From assembly GCA_963817525.1 (NCBI GenBank), contig CAWFOU010000007.1, forward strand, positions 800,001 to 864,000: a stretch of DNA of 64,000 nt. The letters run 5' to 3'. This DNA is from an uncultured archaeon (lineage in GTDB: Archaea; Thermoproteota; Nitrososphaeria; Nitrososphaerales; Gagatemarchaeaceae). How positions within the stretch are numbered: the first letter of the stretch is position 1; the number at the start of each line of letters is the position of its first letter. Position numbers and translations under genes: made by a program. Shown here piece by piece: positions 1 through 9,202 of the stretch. The notes below the pieces were generated by a model. That model saw only the letters and a program-made list of their open reading frames with translations, did not search any database and had not been told where the DNA came from.

Positions 1-285
1 GTGCTCGGGTACCGCCTGCTGGGCGTGGAGGACGCCTTCATCGCGCGGAGGGAGGACTCGCAGAAGGTGCTGATGGACTTGTTCAACTCGAACGAATACG
101 GCCTCATAGTGGCCGGGAACGAGGTCAGGAAGGGCCTCTCGGTGTCTGCCAGGGACAAGCTCGAGGCGTCGATAGTGCCCCTCGTCGTCTTCATGCCTCC
201 CCTCGACTCGGCCGCCCCGGCTGAGGAGTCGCTCTCCAGGCTGGCGAGGCGCGTCCTCGGCGTAGACCTCAAGGTGAGCGCATGA
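1..285 (+). CDS. atpF: A/V-type ATP synthase subunit F (possibly 5'-truncated by window edge)
   Basis: GYRLLGV motif, C-terminal ARRVLGVD, about 95 aa, directly upstream of subunit A. Confidence 0.85.
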   Translation: MLGYRLLGVEDAFIARREDSQKVLMDLFNSNEYGLIVAGNEVRKGLSVSARDKLEASIVPLVVFMPPLDSAAPAEESLSRLARRVLGVDLKVSA

Positions 286-2051
286 TGAAAGAAGGGAGAA
301 TCATCAGGGTAACCGGGCCTGTCGTGACCTCGGAGGGGCTCGAGGGCGCCAGGATGTTCGACGTCGTCAGGGTCGGCGACCTTGGCCTAGTGGGCGAGGT
401 CATCAAGCTCGAGGGCGAGACCGCGACCCTGCAGATCTACGAGGACACGACCGGCGTGAGGCCGGGGGAGAAGGTCATCAACACCGGCCAGGCCCTCTCC
501 GTGGAGCTGGGCCCGGGCCTCCTGACGTCGATCTACGACGGAATCCAGAGGCCGCTCAACATCCTCAGGGAGCAGAGCGGCGACTTCATCAGCAGGGGTC
601 TCGTCATCCCCGCACTGGACGAGAGGAAGAAATGGGACTTTGTCCCCACGAAGAAGAAGGGAGACAAGGTCGCGCCGGGCGAGATAATCGGGACCGTCCA
701 GGAGACTCAGTTGGTCTCCCACAAGATAATGCTCCCCCCCGGAGTGAGCGGCGAGCTCAAGGAGATCAAGGAGGGCCAGTTCACGATCAGAGAAGTCGTC
801 GCGAAGGTGAAGACCTCCGGCGGGGACGTCGACGTCTACCTCGCGCACAAGTGGAGGGTCAGGACGCCGAGGCCGATTTCGCGCAAGCTCGCGCCCGACT
901 CGCCCCTCCTCACAGGCCAGAGGGTCATGGACACCTTCTTCCCTGTGGCAAAGGGAGGGACGGCGGCGATGCCGGGGCCTTTCGGCTCTGGCAAGACGGT
1001 GGCGCAGCAGCAGCTCGCAAAGTGGAGCGACAGCCAAATCATCGTCTACGTCGGGTGCGGTGAGAGGGGCAACGAGATGACGGAGGTCCTCGCCACCTTC
1101 CCCGAGCTTGAGGACCCCAGGTCGAAGAGGCCACTCATGGAGAGGACGATACTAGTCGCGAACACCTCTAACATGCCCGTCGCGGCCAGGGAGGCGAGCA
1201 TCTACACTGGCATCACGATAGCGGAGTACTACAGGGACATGGGGTACGACGTCGCGCTCATGGCCGACAGCACCTCAAGGTGGGCCGAGGCCCTCAGGGA
1301 GATCTCTGGCAGGCTCGAGGAGATGCCCGGTGAGGAGGGCTATCCCGCGTACCTCGGCAGCAGGCTGGCGGAGTTCTACGAGCGCGCGGGGAAGGTCGTC
1401 GCGCTCTCCCCCGAGGAGAGGGTCGGCTCTGTCACTGTCGTCGGCGCGGTCTCGCCGCCGGGCGGAGACTTCTCAGAGCCGGTGTCGCAGAACACGCTCA
1501 GGGTTACCAGGGTCTTCTGGGCGCTGGACGCGAGCCTGGCGGCGAGGAGGCACTTCCCGTCGATCAACTGGCTCACGAGCTACTCGCTCTACATCGACGC
1601 GCTGCGTGGCTGGTACCAGGCGAACGTCGCCCAGGAGTGGCCCGACATGCGGAGGGAGGCCCTCGGCATCCTCCAGAAGGAAGCCGAGCTCCAGGACATC
1701 GTCCAGCTGGTGGGCTACGACGCCCTCCCAGAGTCCGAGAAGGGAGTGATGGACGTCGCGAAGAGCATCAGGGAGGACTACCTTCAGCAGAGCGCGTACG
1801 ACGCCGTCGACACCTACACCTCCGTCCGCAAGCAGTACCTGATGCTGAACACGATACTCACCTTCGGGAGGAAGGAGGCGGAGGCGATAAAGTCGGGGGC
1901 CCAGGCGACGGAGATCGCTGCGCTCCCCGTCAAGACGAAGATAGGACGCATAAAGTGGACGCCTGAGGACCAGACCGAGGCCCTGATCAAGGAGATCGGG
2001 GGCGACATGGACCAGCAGTTCGGCGCCCTAATCCAGGAGGTACAGGTCTGA
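282..2051 (+). CDS. atpA: A/V-type ATP synthase subunit A
   Basis: Walker [40 protein letters not shown]; no intein. Confidence 0.98.
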   Translation: MMKEGRIIRVTGPVVTSEGLEGARMFDVVRVGDLGLVGEVIKLEGETATLQIYEDTTGVRPGEKVINTGQALSVELGPGLLTSIYDGIQRPLNILREQSGDFISRGLVIPALDERKKWDFVPTKKKGDKVAPGEIIGTVQETQLVSHKIMLPPGVSGELKEIKEGQFTIREVVAKVKTSGGDVDVYLAHKWRVRTPRPISRKLAPDSPLLTGQRVMDTFFPVAKGGTAAMPGPFGSGKTVAQQQLAKWSDSQIIVYVGCGERGNEMTEVLATFPELEDPRSKRPLMERTILVANTSNMPVAAREASIYTGITIAEYYRDMGYDVALMADSTSRWAEALREISGRLEEMPGEEGYPAYLGSRLAEFYERAGKVVALSPEERVGSVTVVGAVSPPGGDFSEPVSQNTLRVTRVFWALDASLAARRHFPSINWLTSYSLYIDALRGWYQANVAQEWPDMRREALGILQKEAELQDIVQLVGYDALPESEKGVMDVAKSIREDYLQQSAYDAVDTYTSVRKQYLMLNTILTFGRKEAEAIKSGAQATEIAALPVKTKIGRIKWTPEDQTEALIKEIGGDMDQQFGALIQEVQV

Positions 2052-3439
2052 TGCAAGAGCCCGTCTCCTACAAGACCGTCTCGCAGGTAGCCGGCCCCCT
2101 CATATTCGTGGAGAAGGTCGGGAACGCCGCCTACGGGGAGATGGTTGAGGTCACAAACGCCCTGGGGGAGAGGGTCCGCGGGCAGGTCCTCGACACGAGC
2201 TCGGGCCTCGCGGTCGTGCAGGTCTTCGGCTCGACCCTCGGGCTGAGCACCACCGGAACTTCGGTTCGCTTCCTGGGGGAGACTGCGAGGATCTCCGTGT
2301 CCGACGAGATGCTCGGGAGGGTCTTCAACGGCCTTGGGAACCCGCGCGACAGCGGCCCTGGAATAGTCTCGAAGACCAAGGTGGAGATAGTCGGCTCTGC
2401 AATGAACCCCTACAGCAGGGAGGAGCCCTCCGAGTTCATCCAAACTGGCATCTCGACCATCGACGGCATGAACACCCTGGTCAGGGGCCAGAAGCTCCCG
2501 CTCTTCTCCGGGTCGGGGCTTCCCCACAACCTCCTCGCAGCCCAGATTGCGAGGCAGGCCAAGGTCCTCAACTCTTCGGAGAACTTCTCGGTCGTCTTCG
2601 CCGCGATGGGCATCACCAGCGAGGAGGCCAACTTCTTCATGCGTCAGTTCGAGGAGACCGGAGCCCTCGAGAGGACCGTCCTCTTCCTGAACCTCTCCTC
2701 CGACCCCTCGATGGAGAGGATCCTCACCCCCAGGCTAGCGCTCACGACAGCGGAGTACCTCGCCTACGAAAGGGAGAGCCACGTCCTCGTCATACTCACC
2801 GACATGACCAACTACTGCGAGGCCCTGAGAGAGATCTCCGCGGCGCGCAGCGAGGTCCCAGGGAGAAGGGGATATCCCGGCTACACCTACACCGACCTCG
2901 CGACCATCTACGAGAGGGCGGGGAAGATCAAGGGAAGGAAGGGCTCTATCACGCAGATTCCGATCCTCACCATGCCCGCGGACGACAAGACCCACCCCAT
3001 CCCCGACCTCACGGGCTACATCACCGAGGGGCAGATCTACGTCAGCAGGGACCTCGACAGGTCGGGCGTCTACCCGCCTATCGACGTCCTCGAGAGCCTC
3101 TCCAGGCTGATGAACCAGGGCATCGGACCTAAGAGGACTAGGGAGGATCACAGGGGACTGGCGGACCAGCTCTACGCGTCGTACGCGCAGGGCAAGGACG
3201 TCCGCGCCCTGTCCGCCATCGTCGGCGAGGAGGCGCTGAGCGACGCCGACAGGAAGTTCCTCAAGGTGGCCGAGAGGTTCGAGAGCATGTTCGTCAAGCA
3301 GGGCGTCAACGAGGACCGTAGCATCGAGGAGACCCTCGACATAGGGTGGCAGGTCATAGAGCCGCTCTCCGACAGCGAGATCAAGAGGATCAAGCCCGAG
3401 CTCATCCAGAAATACAGGAGAAGAACCGCGCCGCAATAG
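2051..3439 (+). CDS. atpB: A/V-type ATP synthase subunit B
   Basis: [39 protein letters not shown]. Confidence 0.98.
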   Translation: MQEPVSYKTVSQVAGPLIFVEKVGNAAYGEMVEVTNALGERVRGQVLDTSSGLAVVQVFGSTLGLSTTGTSVRFLGETARISVSDEMLGRVFNGLGNPRDSGPGIVSKTKVEIVGSAMNPYSREEPSEFIQTGISTIDGMNTLVRGQKLPLFSGSGLPHNLLAAQIARQAKVLNSSENFSVVFAAMGITSEEANFFMRQFEETGALERTVLFLNLSSDPSMERILTPRLALTTAEYLAYERESHVLVILTDMTNYCEALREISAARSEVPGRRGYPGYTYTDLATIYERAGKIKGRKGSITQIPILTMPADDKTHPIPDLTGYITEGQIYVSRDLDRSGVYPPIDVLESLSRLMNQGIGPKRTREDHRGLADQLYASYAQGKDVRALSAIVGEEALSDADRKFLKVAERFESMFVKQGVNEDRSIEETLDIGWQVIEPLSDSEIKRIKPELIQKYRRRTAPQ

Positions 3440-3458
3440 ACGGGGACCTCGAAGAGAA

Positions 3459-4118
3459 TTGCCAGCAGCGATAAACGTCAAGCCCACACGGATGGAGTAC
3501 CTCAAGACCATCCGCAGGATCGCCCTGTCCCGAAAGGGGCTCAAGCTGCTGAAGCTGAAGAGGTCCGCGCTCATCTTCGAGTTCTTCAAGATGAGCAAGA
3601 CCGTCGCTGACCTGAGGAGCGGGCTCCAGGCGAAGCTCATCAAGGGCTACGAGGGCATTCACGCCACCGAGATGTTCGTGGGGCCTCTGCGGCTCGAGTA
3701 TGAGTCGATGCGCATCCCCCGGATCCACGAGCTTTCCCTCAGGACCAAGAACGTGATGGGAGTGAAGATACCAGAGATCACCGAGAGTTCGGGGGGCTCC
3801 GGGAGCACTGGGCAGGAGTACCTGCTGGAGATCCCCGCGGCGGTCAACCAGGCGATAAAGGCGTTCCAGGAGGTCCACCAGATGGTCCTCGACGTGGCCG
3901 AGAAGGAGACCGCGCTGCGGAAGCTCCTCTTCGAGATAGAGAAGACCAAGCGCAGGTCCAACGCCATAGAGAACGTGCTAATCCCGAGGCTCCAGGCGAA
4001 CGCGAGGTACATCAAGTTCAGGTTCGACGAGATGGAGAGGGAGAGCTTCACCAAGCTCAAGACCGTCAAGAAGAAGATAGCGGAGCGCGAAGAGGAAGAG
4101 GCGAAGAAGAATGAGTGA
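3459..4118 (+). CDS. atpD: A/V-type ATP synthase subunit D
   Basis: KPTRME...LLKLKRSAL, EIEKTKRRSNAIE...IP; TTG start. Confidence 0.95.
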   Translation: MPAAINVKPTRMEYLKTIRRIALSRKGLKLLKLKRSALIFEFFKMSKTVADLRSGLQAKLIKGYEGIHATEMFVGPLRLEYESMRIPRIHELSLRTKNVMGVKIPEITESSGGSGSTGQEYLLEIPAAVNQAIKAFQEVHQMVLDVAEKETALRKLLFEIEKTKRRSNAIENVLIPRLQANARYIKFRFDEMERESFTKLKTVKKKIAEREEEEAKKNE

Positions 4119-4305
4119 AAAGTCCGAGAAGAAGCCGCTGGGCATCCCTCCCTTCTACTGGGCCAAGCCCCCCGCCAGGGTGAAGCCTGCGAACGGCTTC
4201 GTCAACAAGCAGCAGAAGCAGTTCTACTGGGTGCTGACGGCCTTCAACCTCGCCAAGATAGCCGCCGCGGCGGCGGTCGCGCTCCTGATAATCGGGATGA
4301 TTTGA
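4111..4305 (+). CDS. small membrane protein inside ATPase operon
   Basis: 64 aa, overlaps atpD stop, C-terminal hydrophobic helix, host-like codon usage. Confidence 0.65.
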   Translation: MSEKSEKKPLGIPPFYWAKPPARVKPANGFVNKQQKQFYWVLTAFNLAKIAAAAAVALLIIGMI

Positions 4306-4309
4306 GAGA

Positions 4310-4642
4310 TTGTCGACCAACTACACCGAGACTCTGAAGAGGATCAAGGACGCGGAGGAGGCGAGCAACAGGGAGGTAGCCGAGAAGAAGAAGGACCTCG
4401 AGGCCGAGCTCCTCACCCTCGAGCAGGCGGCGGACAAGTCGATCGAGGCGGCGAGGAAGGACGCCGAGCTCTACGTGGAGAGGGCCGCCGAGACCGCGAG
4501 GGAGGCCGCCCAGCGAGAGGCCGACGCCCTCCTGTCCACGGCGCAGAAGAACGCCCAGGAGCTCTCCTCGAAGAGGCTGGGCAAGAAGGAGTTAGGCAAG
4601 ATAGCGGACGGCATAGTCTTCTCAGAGTTCAAGGGTGAATAG
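4310..4642 (+). CDS. atpH: A/V-type ATP synthase peripheral stalk subunit H/G
   Basis: 110 aa E/K/A-rich coiled coil (LKRIKDAEE) just before subunit I. Confidence 0.8.
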   Translation: MSTNYTETLKRIKDAEEASNREVAEKKKDLEAELLTLEQAADKSIEAARKDAELYVERAAETAREAAQREADALLSTAQKNAQELSSKRLGKKELGKIADGIVFSEFKGE

Positions 4643-4645
4643 CGG

Positions 4646-6718
4646 TTGCTGAAGCCTGCAGCGATGCAGAGGGTAGCGGCGGTGGGGCTGCGCGAAGACA
4701 GGCAGCGCGTGGTATCGCTCCTCTACGACCTCGGCGTCGTGCAGATAGAGCCCCTGTCCAAGAGCGTCGCCGCCGTCCTGCACGCGGAGACGGACAACGA
4801 GGCTTCCAAGGACGTCTCCGAGGAGCTGCTGAGGGTGAGGGCGCTGATGTCCGCGCTCCCTCCCACCAACGCGGTGGACAGAAGGGGCTTCTCCTCCCTC
4901 TCCGAGCTCATCGACGCCTCCAAGGCTATCGGCATAGACAAGGAGGTGGCGGCGCTGAGGCAGAGCCAGGAGAGGCTGAGCTCCCAGATAGACGACCTGA
5001 AGAACAGGGCGGCCCTCGTCCGCAACCTGGACTTTTTCGGTGGAGACCTCAGCGTCCTCGACCTGGAGAGCGCCACGGCCTTCTTCGGGATCCTCTCCCC
5101 CGAGGCCTATGAGCGGCTGAAGAAGGGGATCGCGACCATCCAGGACGTGATGGTCCAGCCCTACGGTACCGACCCCGTCCGCCTGGTGGTCATCGTCCCC
5201 AGGTCGCAGCTCGAGAAGTTCGGCGCGGTCATCCAAGCGGCGGATGCCAAGCTGGAGCGCATCCCGCCGATGAAGGGCACCGCCATGGAGGTCCTCGAGA
5301 GCCTCGAGAAGGAGAGGGCGGACAAGGAGTCGGAGCTGAGCCAGGCGAACGACGGCCTCCTCCGGATCTCGGAGAAGTACTACGGGGCGCTCTCGTCCGT
5401 GGAGGAGCAGCTCTCCATAGAGGCGAGGAAGGTCGAGATAATCAACAACTTCGGGTTCACGGAGAGCAGCTTCGTCCTAGAGGGCTGGGCCCCGAAGAAG
5501 AGCGTCCAGGGCCTGAAGGACGCGCTCGCGCGTCACAGCAGCTCCACCATCCTCTTCGAGATCGGCAGCGAGTCCAAGCCACCCACGCTCATGGAGACCC
5601 CGAAGAGGCTCAGGTTCTTCGAGTCCTTCGTGAGGTTCTATTCGATGCCCCAGTCCAACGAGTTCGACCCCACGATAATCTTCGCGTTCACGTTCCCCCT
5701 CTTCTTCGGGCTGATGCTAGGAGACGTGGGCTACGGCGTGGTCATCCTCCTGATAGCGATCTGGATAATCAGGCGGGTCGAGTCTGGCATGCAGGGAAAG
5801 ACCCTCGTCCCCGCGGCGCTGCGGCGCTTCGCGAAGAACATCTTCCAGCCAGCCCAGTTCCGCAAGCTCGCCATGGCGATGGTGCCCGGTTCGATACTCG
5901 GGATAGTCTTCGGGTTCGTCTTCAACGCCTACTTCGGCTTCCACCTCAACCAGTACCTCTTCAGGGACCTCAACTCGGCGCTCAGCCTCCATCTGCCGCA
6001 GAGCCTGCTCACCAATGGGGCCATCCTCGACCCGATATCCTCAAGGGGCCTCAAGACCCTCCTCCTCCTGAGCGGCTACATCGGGCTCTTCGAGGTCTCG
6101 CTGGGCCTGGTCATGGGCATGGTCAACAAGTACTGGGAGGGCGAGACGAGGCACATCTTCGGCAAGCTAGGCTGGCTCTTCGTCGCGTGGGGGATCGTCC
6201 TCATCGGCCTGACCGTGCTCCACCACGGGACCGTGAGCCCGGAGGCCAACCCGCTCGCCGGGGTCTACATCGCCCTCGCGGTAGCCGGGATAGGGCTGAT
6301 AGGCTACGGGGAGGGCGGGCAGGCGCTCATCGAGCTCCCCTCGATAGTCAGCCACATCCTCTCATACACCAGGCTCGTCGGCATACTCCTCGCCTCCGTC
6401 GCCCTCGCGCTCGTGGTCGACACGCTGTTCCTCGCCGACGTCGCCGCGGGGCCCGCACTCGCGATAGTGGGCGTCCTGATACTCGTCGTCGGGCAGCTCT
6501 TCAACCTGGTACTCGCGCTCTTCGAGCCGGGCATCCAGGGGGCGAGGCTCATCTACGTCGAGTTCTTCTCCAAGTTCTATCATGGGCAGGGCAGGCCCTT
6601 CACTCCCTTCAGGGGGAAGAGGACGCACACGCTCAGCGAGATGGAGCTGATGGAGAAGGAGGCCGAGGCCGCGCCTCAGCGGGCCGCCGCGCCCGTCCCA
6701 GTCGTCCAGAACGCCTAA
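4646..6718 (+). CDS. atpI: A/V-type ATP synthase subunit I (a)
   Basis: PPTL, FFGLMLGDVGYG, SHILSYTRL, RLIYVEFFSKFY. Confidence 0.97.
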   Translation: MLKPAAMQRVAAVGLREDRQRVVSLLYDLGVVQIEPLSKSVAAVLHAETDNEASKDVSEELLRVRALMSALPPTNAVDRRGFSSLSELIDASKAIGIDKEVAALRQSQERLSSQIDDLKNRAALVRNLDFFGGDLSVLDLESATAFFGILSPEAYERLKKGIATIQDVMVQPYGTDPVRLVVIVPRSQLEKFGAVIQAADAKLERIPPMKGTAMEVLESLEKERADKESELSQANDGLLRISEKYYGALSSVEEQLSIEARKVEIINNFGFTESSFVLEGWAPKKSVQGLKDALARHSSSTILFEIGSESKPPTLMETPKRLRFFESFVRFYSMPQSNEFDPTIIFAFTFPLFFGLMLGDVGYGVVILLIAIWIIRRVESGMQGKTLVPAALRRFAKNIFQPAQFRKLAMAMVPGSILGIVFGFVFNAYFGFHLNQYLFRDLNSALSLHLPQSLLTNGAILDPISSRGLKTLLLLSGYIGLFEVSLGLVMGMVNKYWEGETRHIFGKLGWLFVAWGIVLIGLTVLHHGTVSPEANPLAGVYIALAVAGIGLIGYGEGGQALIELPSIVSHILSYTRLVGILLASVALALVVDTLFLADVAAGPALAIVGVLILVVGQLFNLVLALFEPGIQGARLIYVEFFSKFYHGQGRPFTPFRGKRTHTLSEMELMEKEAEAAPQRAAAPVPVVQNA

Positions 6719-6724
6719 CGCCCG

Positions 6725-6982
6725 TTAGCCCTTCATCGCCTTCTCTTGGATGATGTCTATCTGCTTCTGCCTTATCTCTGTGTAGAGGTTGCACCAGTCG
6801 CGCCCGGAGACCAGCAGCTCGAAGGCCTTGAGCTTGGGGTGGACGCACATCCCCCGCTCCAAGATGTCGGCGTTGAGCGGGTCGTTCGGTGAGAACCAGA
6901 CGCACGCGAGGCAGTTCTCGTACTGCCAAGTCAGCCGCTTCAGGCTCTTCTGGGGTTCGGGCTCGTCCTTTCCGCTGCTCAT
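6725..6982 (-). CDS. small Cys-containing protein (possible Fe-S or metal binding)
   Basis: 85 aa, CxxCxxF...GxC...WC pattern. Confidence 0.65.
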   Translation of the reverse strand: MSSGKDEPEPQKSLKRLTWQYENCLACVWFSPNDPLNADILERGMCVHPKLKAFELLVSGRDWCNLYTEIRQKQIDIIQEKAMKG

Positions 6983-7008
6983 GCCTTCATCAGGGTGGGC
7001 GAGATTAC

Positions 7009-7437
7009 TTAAGCGTGAGTCCGCTGCCCCGTTAGCTCGGTCTCGCCGCCGGAGGAGAGCCTCTCGAGCGCGTGGACGGTCCCGCTCCTAAAGTGTCCCG
7101 CGGTCCTCCCCGACCCGATCTTGAGGAGCCCGTGGAACTCGATGTCCCACCTCGCCTCCAGCCTGTTGCCCGCGACCCTCACGGTCTGGGTCCCCGTGAA
7201 CGGGCCCGAGAGAAACCTATGGAAGAGCGTCTTGCTCGCGGGGTCGGCGGATATCTCAACCCTCCCCGACCCGCCGAAGGCGAACCTGGCGTCAGCGACG
7301 ACCTTGCCGCCCTGCCTATTCAGGACCTTGAGGGCCTTGGTCCCGTGCCAGTACTCCGGGATCCTCTCCACGTCGGACAGCCTTCCCCACACCGCCTCGG
7401 GGTCGCCCGGAAAGTCCAGGCTCGCCTCTATGAGCAC
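7009..7437 (-). CDS. SRPBCC/START-like family protein
   Basis: PEAVWGRLSDVERIPEYW N-terminal signature, 142 aa. Confidence 0.75.
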   Translation of the reverse strand: MLIEASLDFPGDPEAVWGRLSDVERIPEYWHGTKALKVLNRQGGKVVADARFAFGGSGRVEISADPASKTLFHRFLSGPFTGTQTVRVAGNRLEARWDIEFHGLLKIGSGRTAGHFRSGTVHALERLSSGGETELTGQRTHA

Positions 7438-7503
7438 GAAGGACAGCCAGAATGTCTTCGCCTATAACGGTTATTAGAGCCATGACCTCCCCGAATTCTC
7501 GGA

Positions 7504-7971
7504 ATGGTGCTCGTCCCCGTCCGCTACACGTTCAGCCAGAAGTTCTCGGTGCCCGTGGACGAGGCGTTCGCCTGGTCGATAGACTACGACCCGAACGACT
7601 TTTCCCTGATGGGCCAGGAGGGCAAGAGGAAGATCAACAAGCTCTCGGAGGACACTTTCATCCTCGAGGACGCCAGGCGGACCCCCGAGGGCATCGTCGA
7701 GAAGACGCGCCTCATCAGGGTCAACCACGACAAGCGCTCCTTCACCAACACTCACATCTCGGGCCCTACTCTCCACTCCCAGTTCTGGTACGAGTTCTTC
7801 CCCGAGGGCAAGCGGACGTCTAGGCTCGAGTTCACAGGGCTCCTGCTACTCCCGAGCGACAAGAAGCTGAGCACGAAGGAGGTGGCCGCCATCGCGGCCG
7901 CCGAGAAGAAGGGGGACTCGGCGATCTGGAGGCGCCTGGCGAAGGCCATGGAAGCCGAGCTGGGGAGGTAG
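7504..7971 (+). CDS. hypothetical SRPBCC-like protein (paralog 1)
   Basis: VPVDEAFAWSIDY; colinear similarity to next ORF. Confidence 0.7.
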   Translation: MVLVPVRYTFSQKFSVPVDEAFAWSIDYDPNDFSLMGQEGKRKINKLSEDTFILEDARRTPEGIVEKTRLIRVNHDKRSFTNTHISGPTLHSQFWYEFFPEGKRTSRLEFTGLLLLPSDKKLSTKEVAAIAAAEKKGDSAIWRRLAKAMEAELGR

Positions 7972-7976
7972 TCACG

Positions 7977-8453
7977 GTGGCCGTCGTCACAATGAGGTAC
8001 GAGTTCTCCCAGCGCTTCCGCGTCCCCGCCGCCGAGGCCTTCAAGTGGCTGACGGACTACAGCCCGCGCGACCACGCGCTGATGGGTCACAAGGGCACGA
8101 GGAAGGTCACGCGGATCTCCGACGACACCATGATCCTGGACGACACGGTCTACCCCGGCGGCAGGGCTGTCCACAAGAAGAAGCTCATCAAGACCGACCA
8201 AAGGAAGCTGTGCTACTACAACGTCCACCTGACAGGCTCGACCAAGAACTCCATCTACACCTACAGGATAGTGCACGAGGGCGCGGGCGAGTCAAGGCTG
8301 GACTATACCGGGTACGAGATCTTCTACCCGAGGAAGGCCCCCACTGAGATGCAGCTCGCCGCCCAGGCGGCTGACGAGGAGGTCAACTGGACGAGGGAGT
8401 GGGGCCTCCTAGCCGAGGCGATGGAGAGCGACTTGCGCTCGAAGCGCGGCTAG
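7977..8453 (+). CDS. hypothetical SRPBCC-like protein (paralog 2)
   Basis: VPAAEAFKWLTDY...LAEAMESDL; similar to previous ORF. Confidence 0.7.
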   Translation: MAVVTMRYEFSQRFRVPAAEAFKWLTDYSPRDHALMGHKGTRKVTRISDDTMILDDTVYPGGRAVHKKKLIKTDQRKLCYYNVHLTGSTKNSIYTYRIVHEGAGESRLDYTGYEIFYPRKAPTEMQLAAQAADEEVNWTREWGLLAEAMESDLRSKRG

Positions 8454-8459
8454 CCCCGG

Positions 8460-8491
8460 TCACTCACACTTGTCATAGCCGCAATTCGTGC
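8460..8491 (-). pseudogene. stranded original 3' end of nrdJ (TNCGYDKCE*)
   Basis: Minus strand reads ACG AAT TGC GGC TAT GAC AAG TGT GAG TGA, matching the nrdJ C-terminus TNCGYSKCE* at 9026-9055. Confidence 0.9.
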
Positions 8492-9095
8492 TGGATGGGC
8501 CGATAAATACGGCGAAGCTCTGCTATAACGTTGGCTTCTCTGAGACTCTGCAACAGGTGCAAGCGGGAATTACCGATTTGTGAATTCTATACTCAGCCAT
8601 CTGGAATCCGTCGCATCTGCAAAGAATGCGATAATGAATACTCGAGAAACTATCACAAAACACACCCCGAATACGATAAGCGATATGAGAAGGAATACGC
8701 GAGGAGGAACCCGAAGAGAAGATGGGCAACGGCTTGCTTGTCAGGCCATCGTAGAAATGGATACATCACCGAAATCACATCTAAGGAACTCTACCAGATT
8801 GCCTGCAAAACGGAACTTTGCTTCATCTGTGGATGTCAGATAGACTGGCAGCTGGGTAACAAGGGTCACATGCACAACAAGAGTCCAACCCTAGACAGGC
8901 TGGACAACGGAGATACGATTAGGAGCGGTAACGTCCTAATCATGTGCTACCAATGCAACGCGACGAAGCGCGACAGAACCTTGAAGGAGTTCCTAGACTA
9001 TTGCAGGGTCGTTACTGCAAATTTGCTACTCACACTTAGAATACCCGCAATTGGTACATTTATAGCAACCGCTTTCGAAGATTATTGCATTCTCG
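8492..9095. mobile_element. HNH endonuclease cassette carrying a replacement nrdJ 3' end
   Basis: AT-rich island bounded by the stranded nrdJ end and an AT-rich recoded nrdJ terminus; right boundary approximate. Confidence 0.8.
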
Positions 9096-9202
9096 TTGCA
9101 GTCGGGGCAAGTGCCTCCGCGCATCAGGGGTACGGACGACTCCTTGTTGACCTTGCCCGAGGTGAGGACCTCGAGCGCCTTGGCCACCGCGTCAGGGATT
9201 GA
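8531..9202 (+). CDS. HNH (His-Me finger) zinc-binding endonuclease, phage-like
   Basis: CNRC/CKEC N-terminal zinc finger, CFIC, SPTLDRLD...GNVLIMCYQCNATK; AT-rich codons; reads through antisense into nrdJ. Confidence 0.85.
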   Translation: MASLRLCNRCKRELPICEFYTQPSGIRRICKECDNEYSRNYHKTHPEYDKRYEKEYARRNPKRRWATACLSGHRRNGYITEITSKELYQIACKTELCFICGCQIDWQLGNKGHMHNKSPTLDRLDNGDTIRSGNVLIMCYQCNATKRDRTLKEFLDYCRVVTANLLLTLRIPAIGTFIATAFEDYCILVAVGASASAHQGYGRLLVDLARGEDLERLGHRVRD

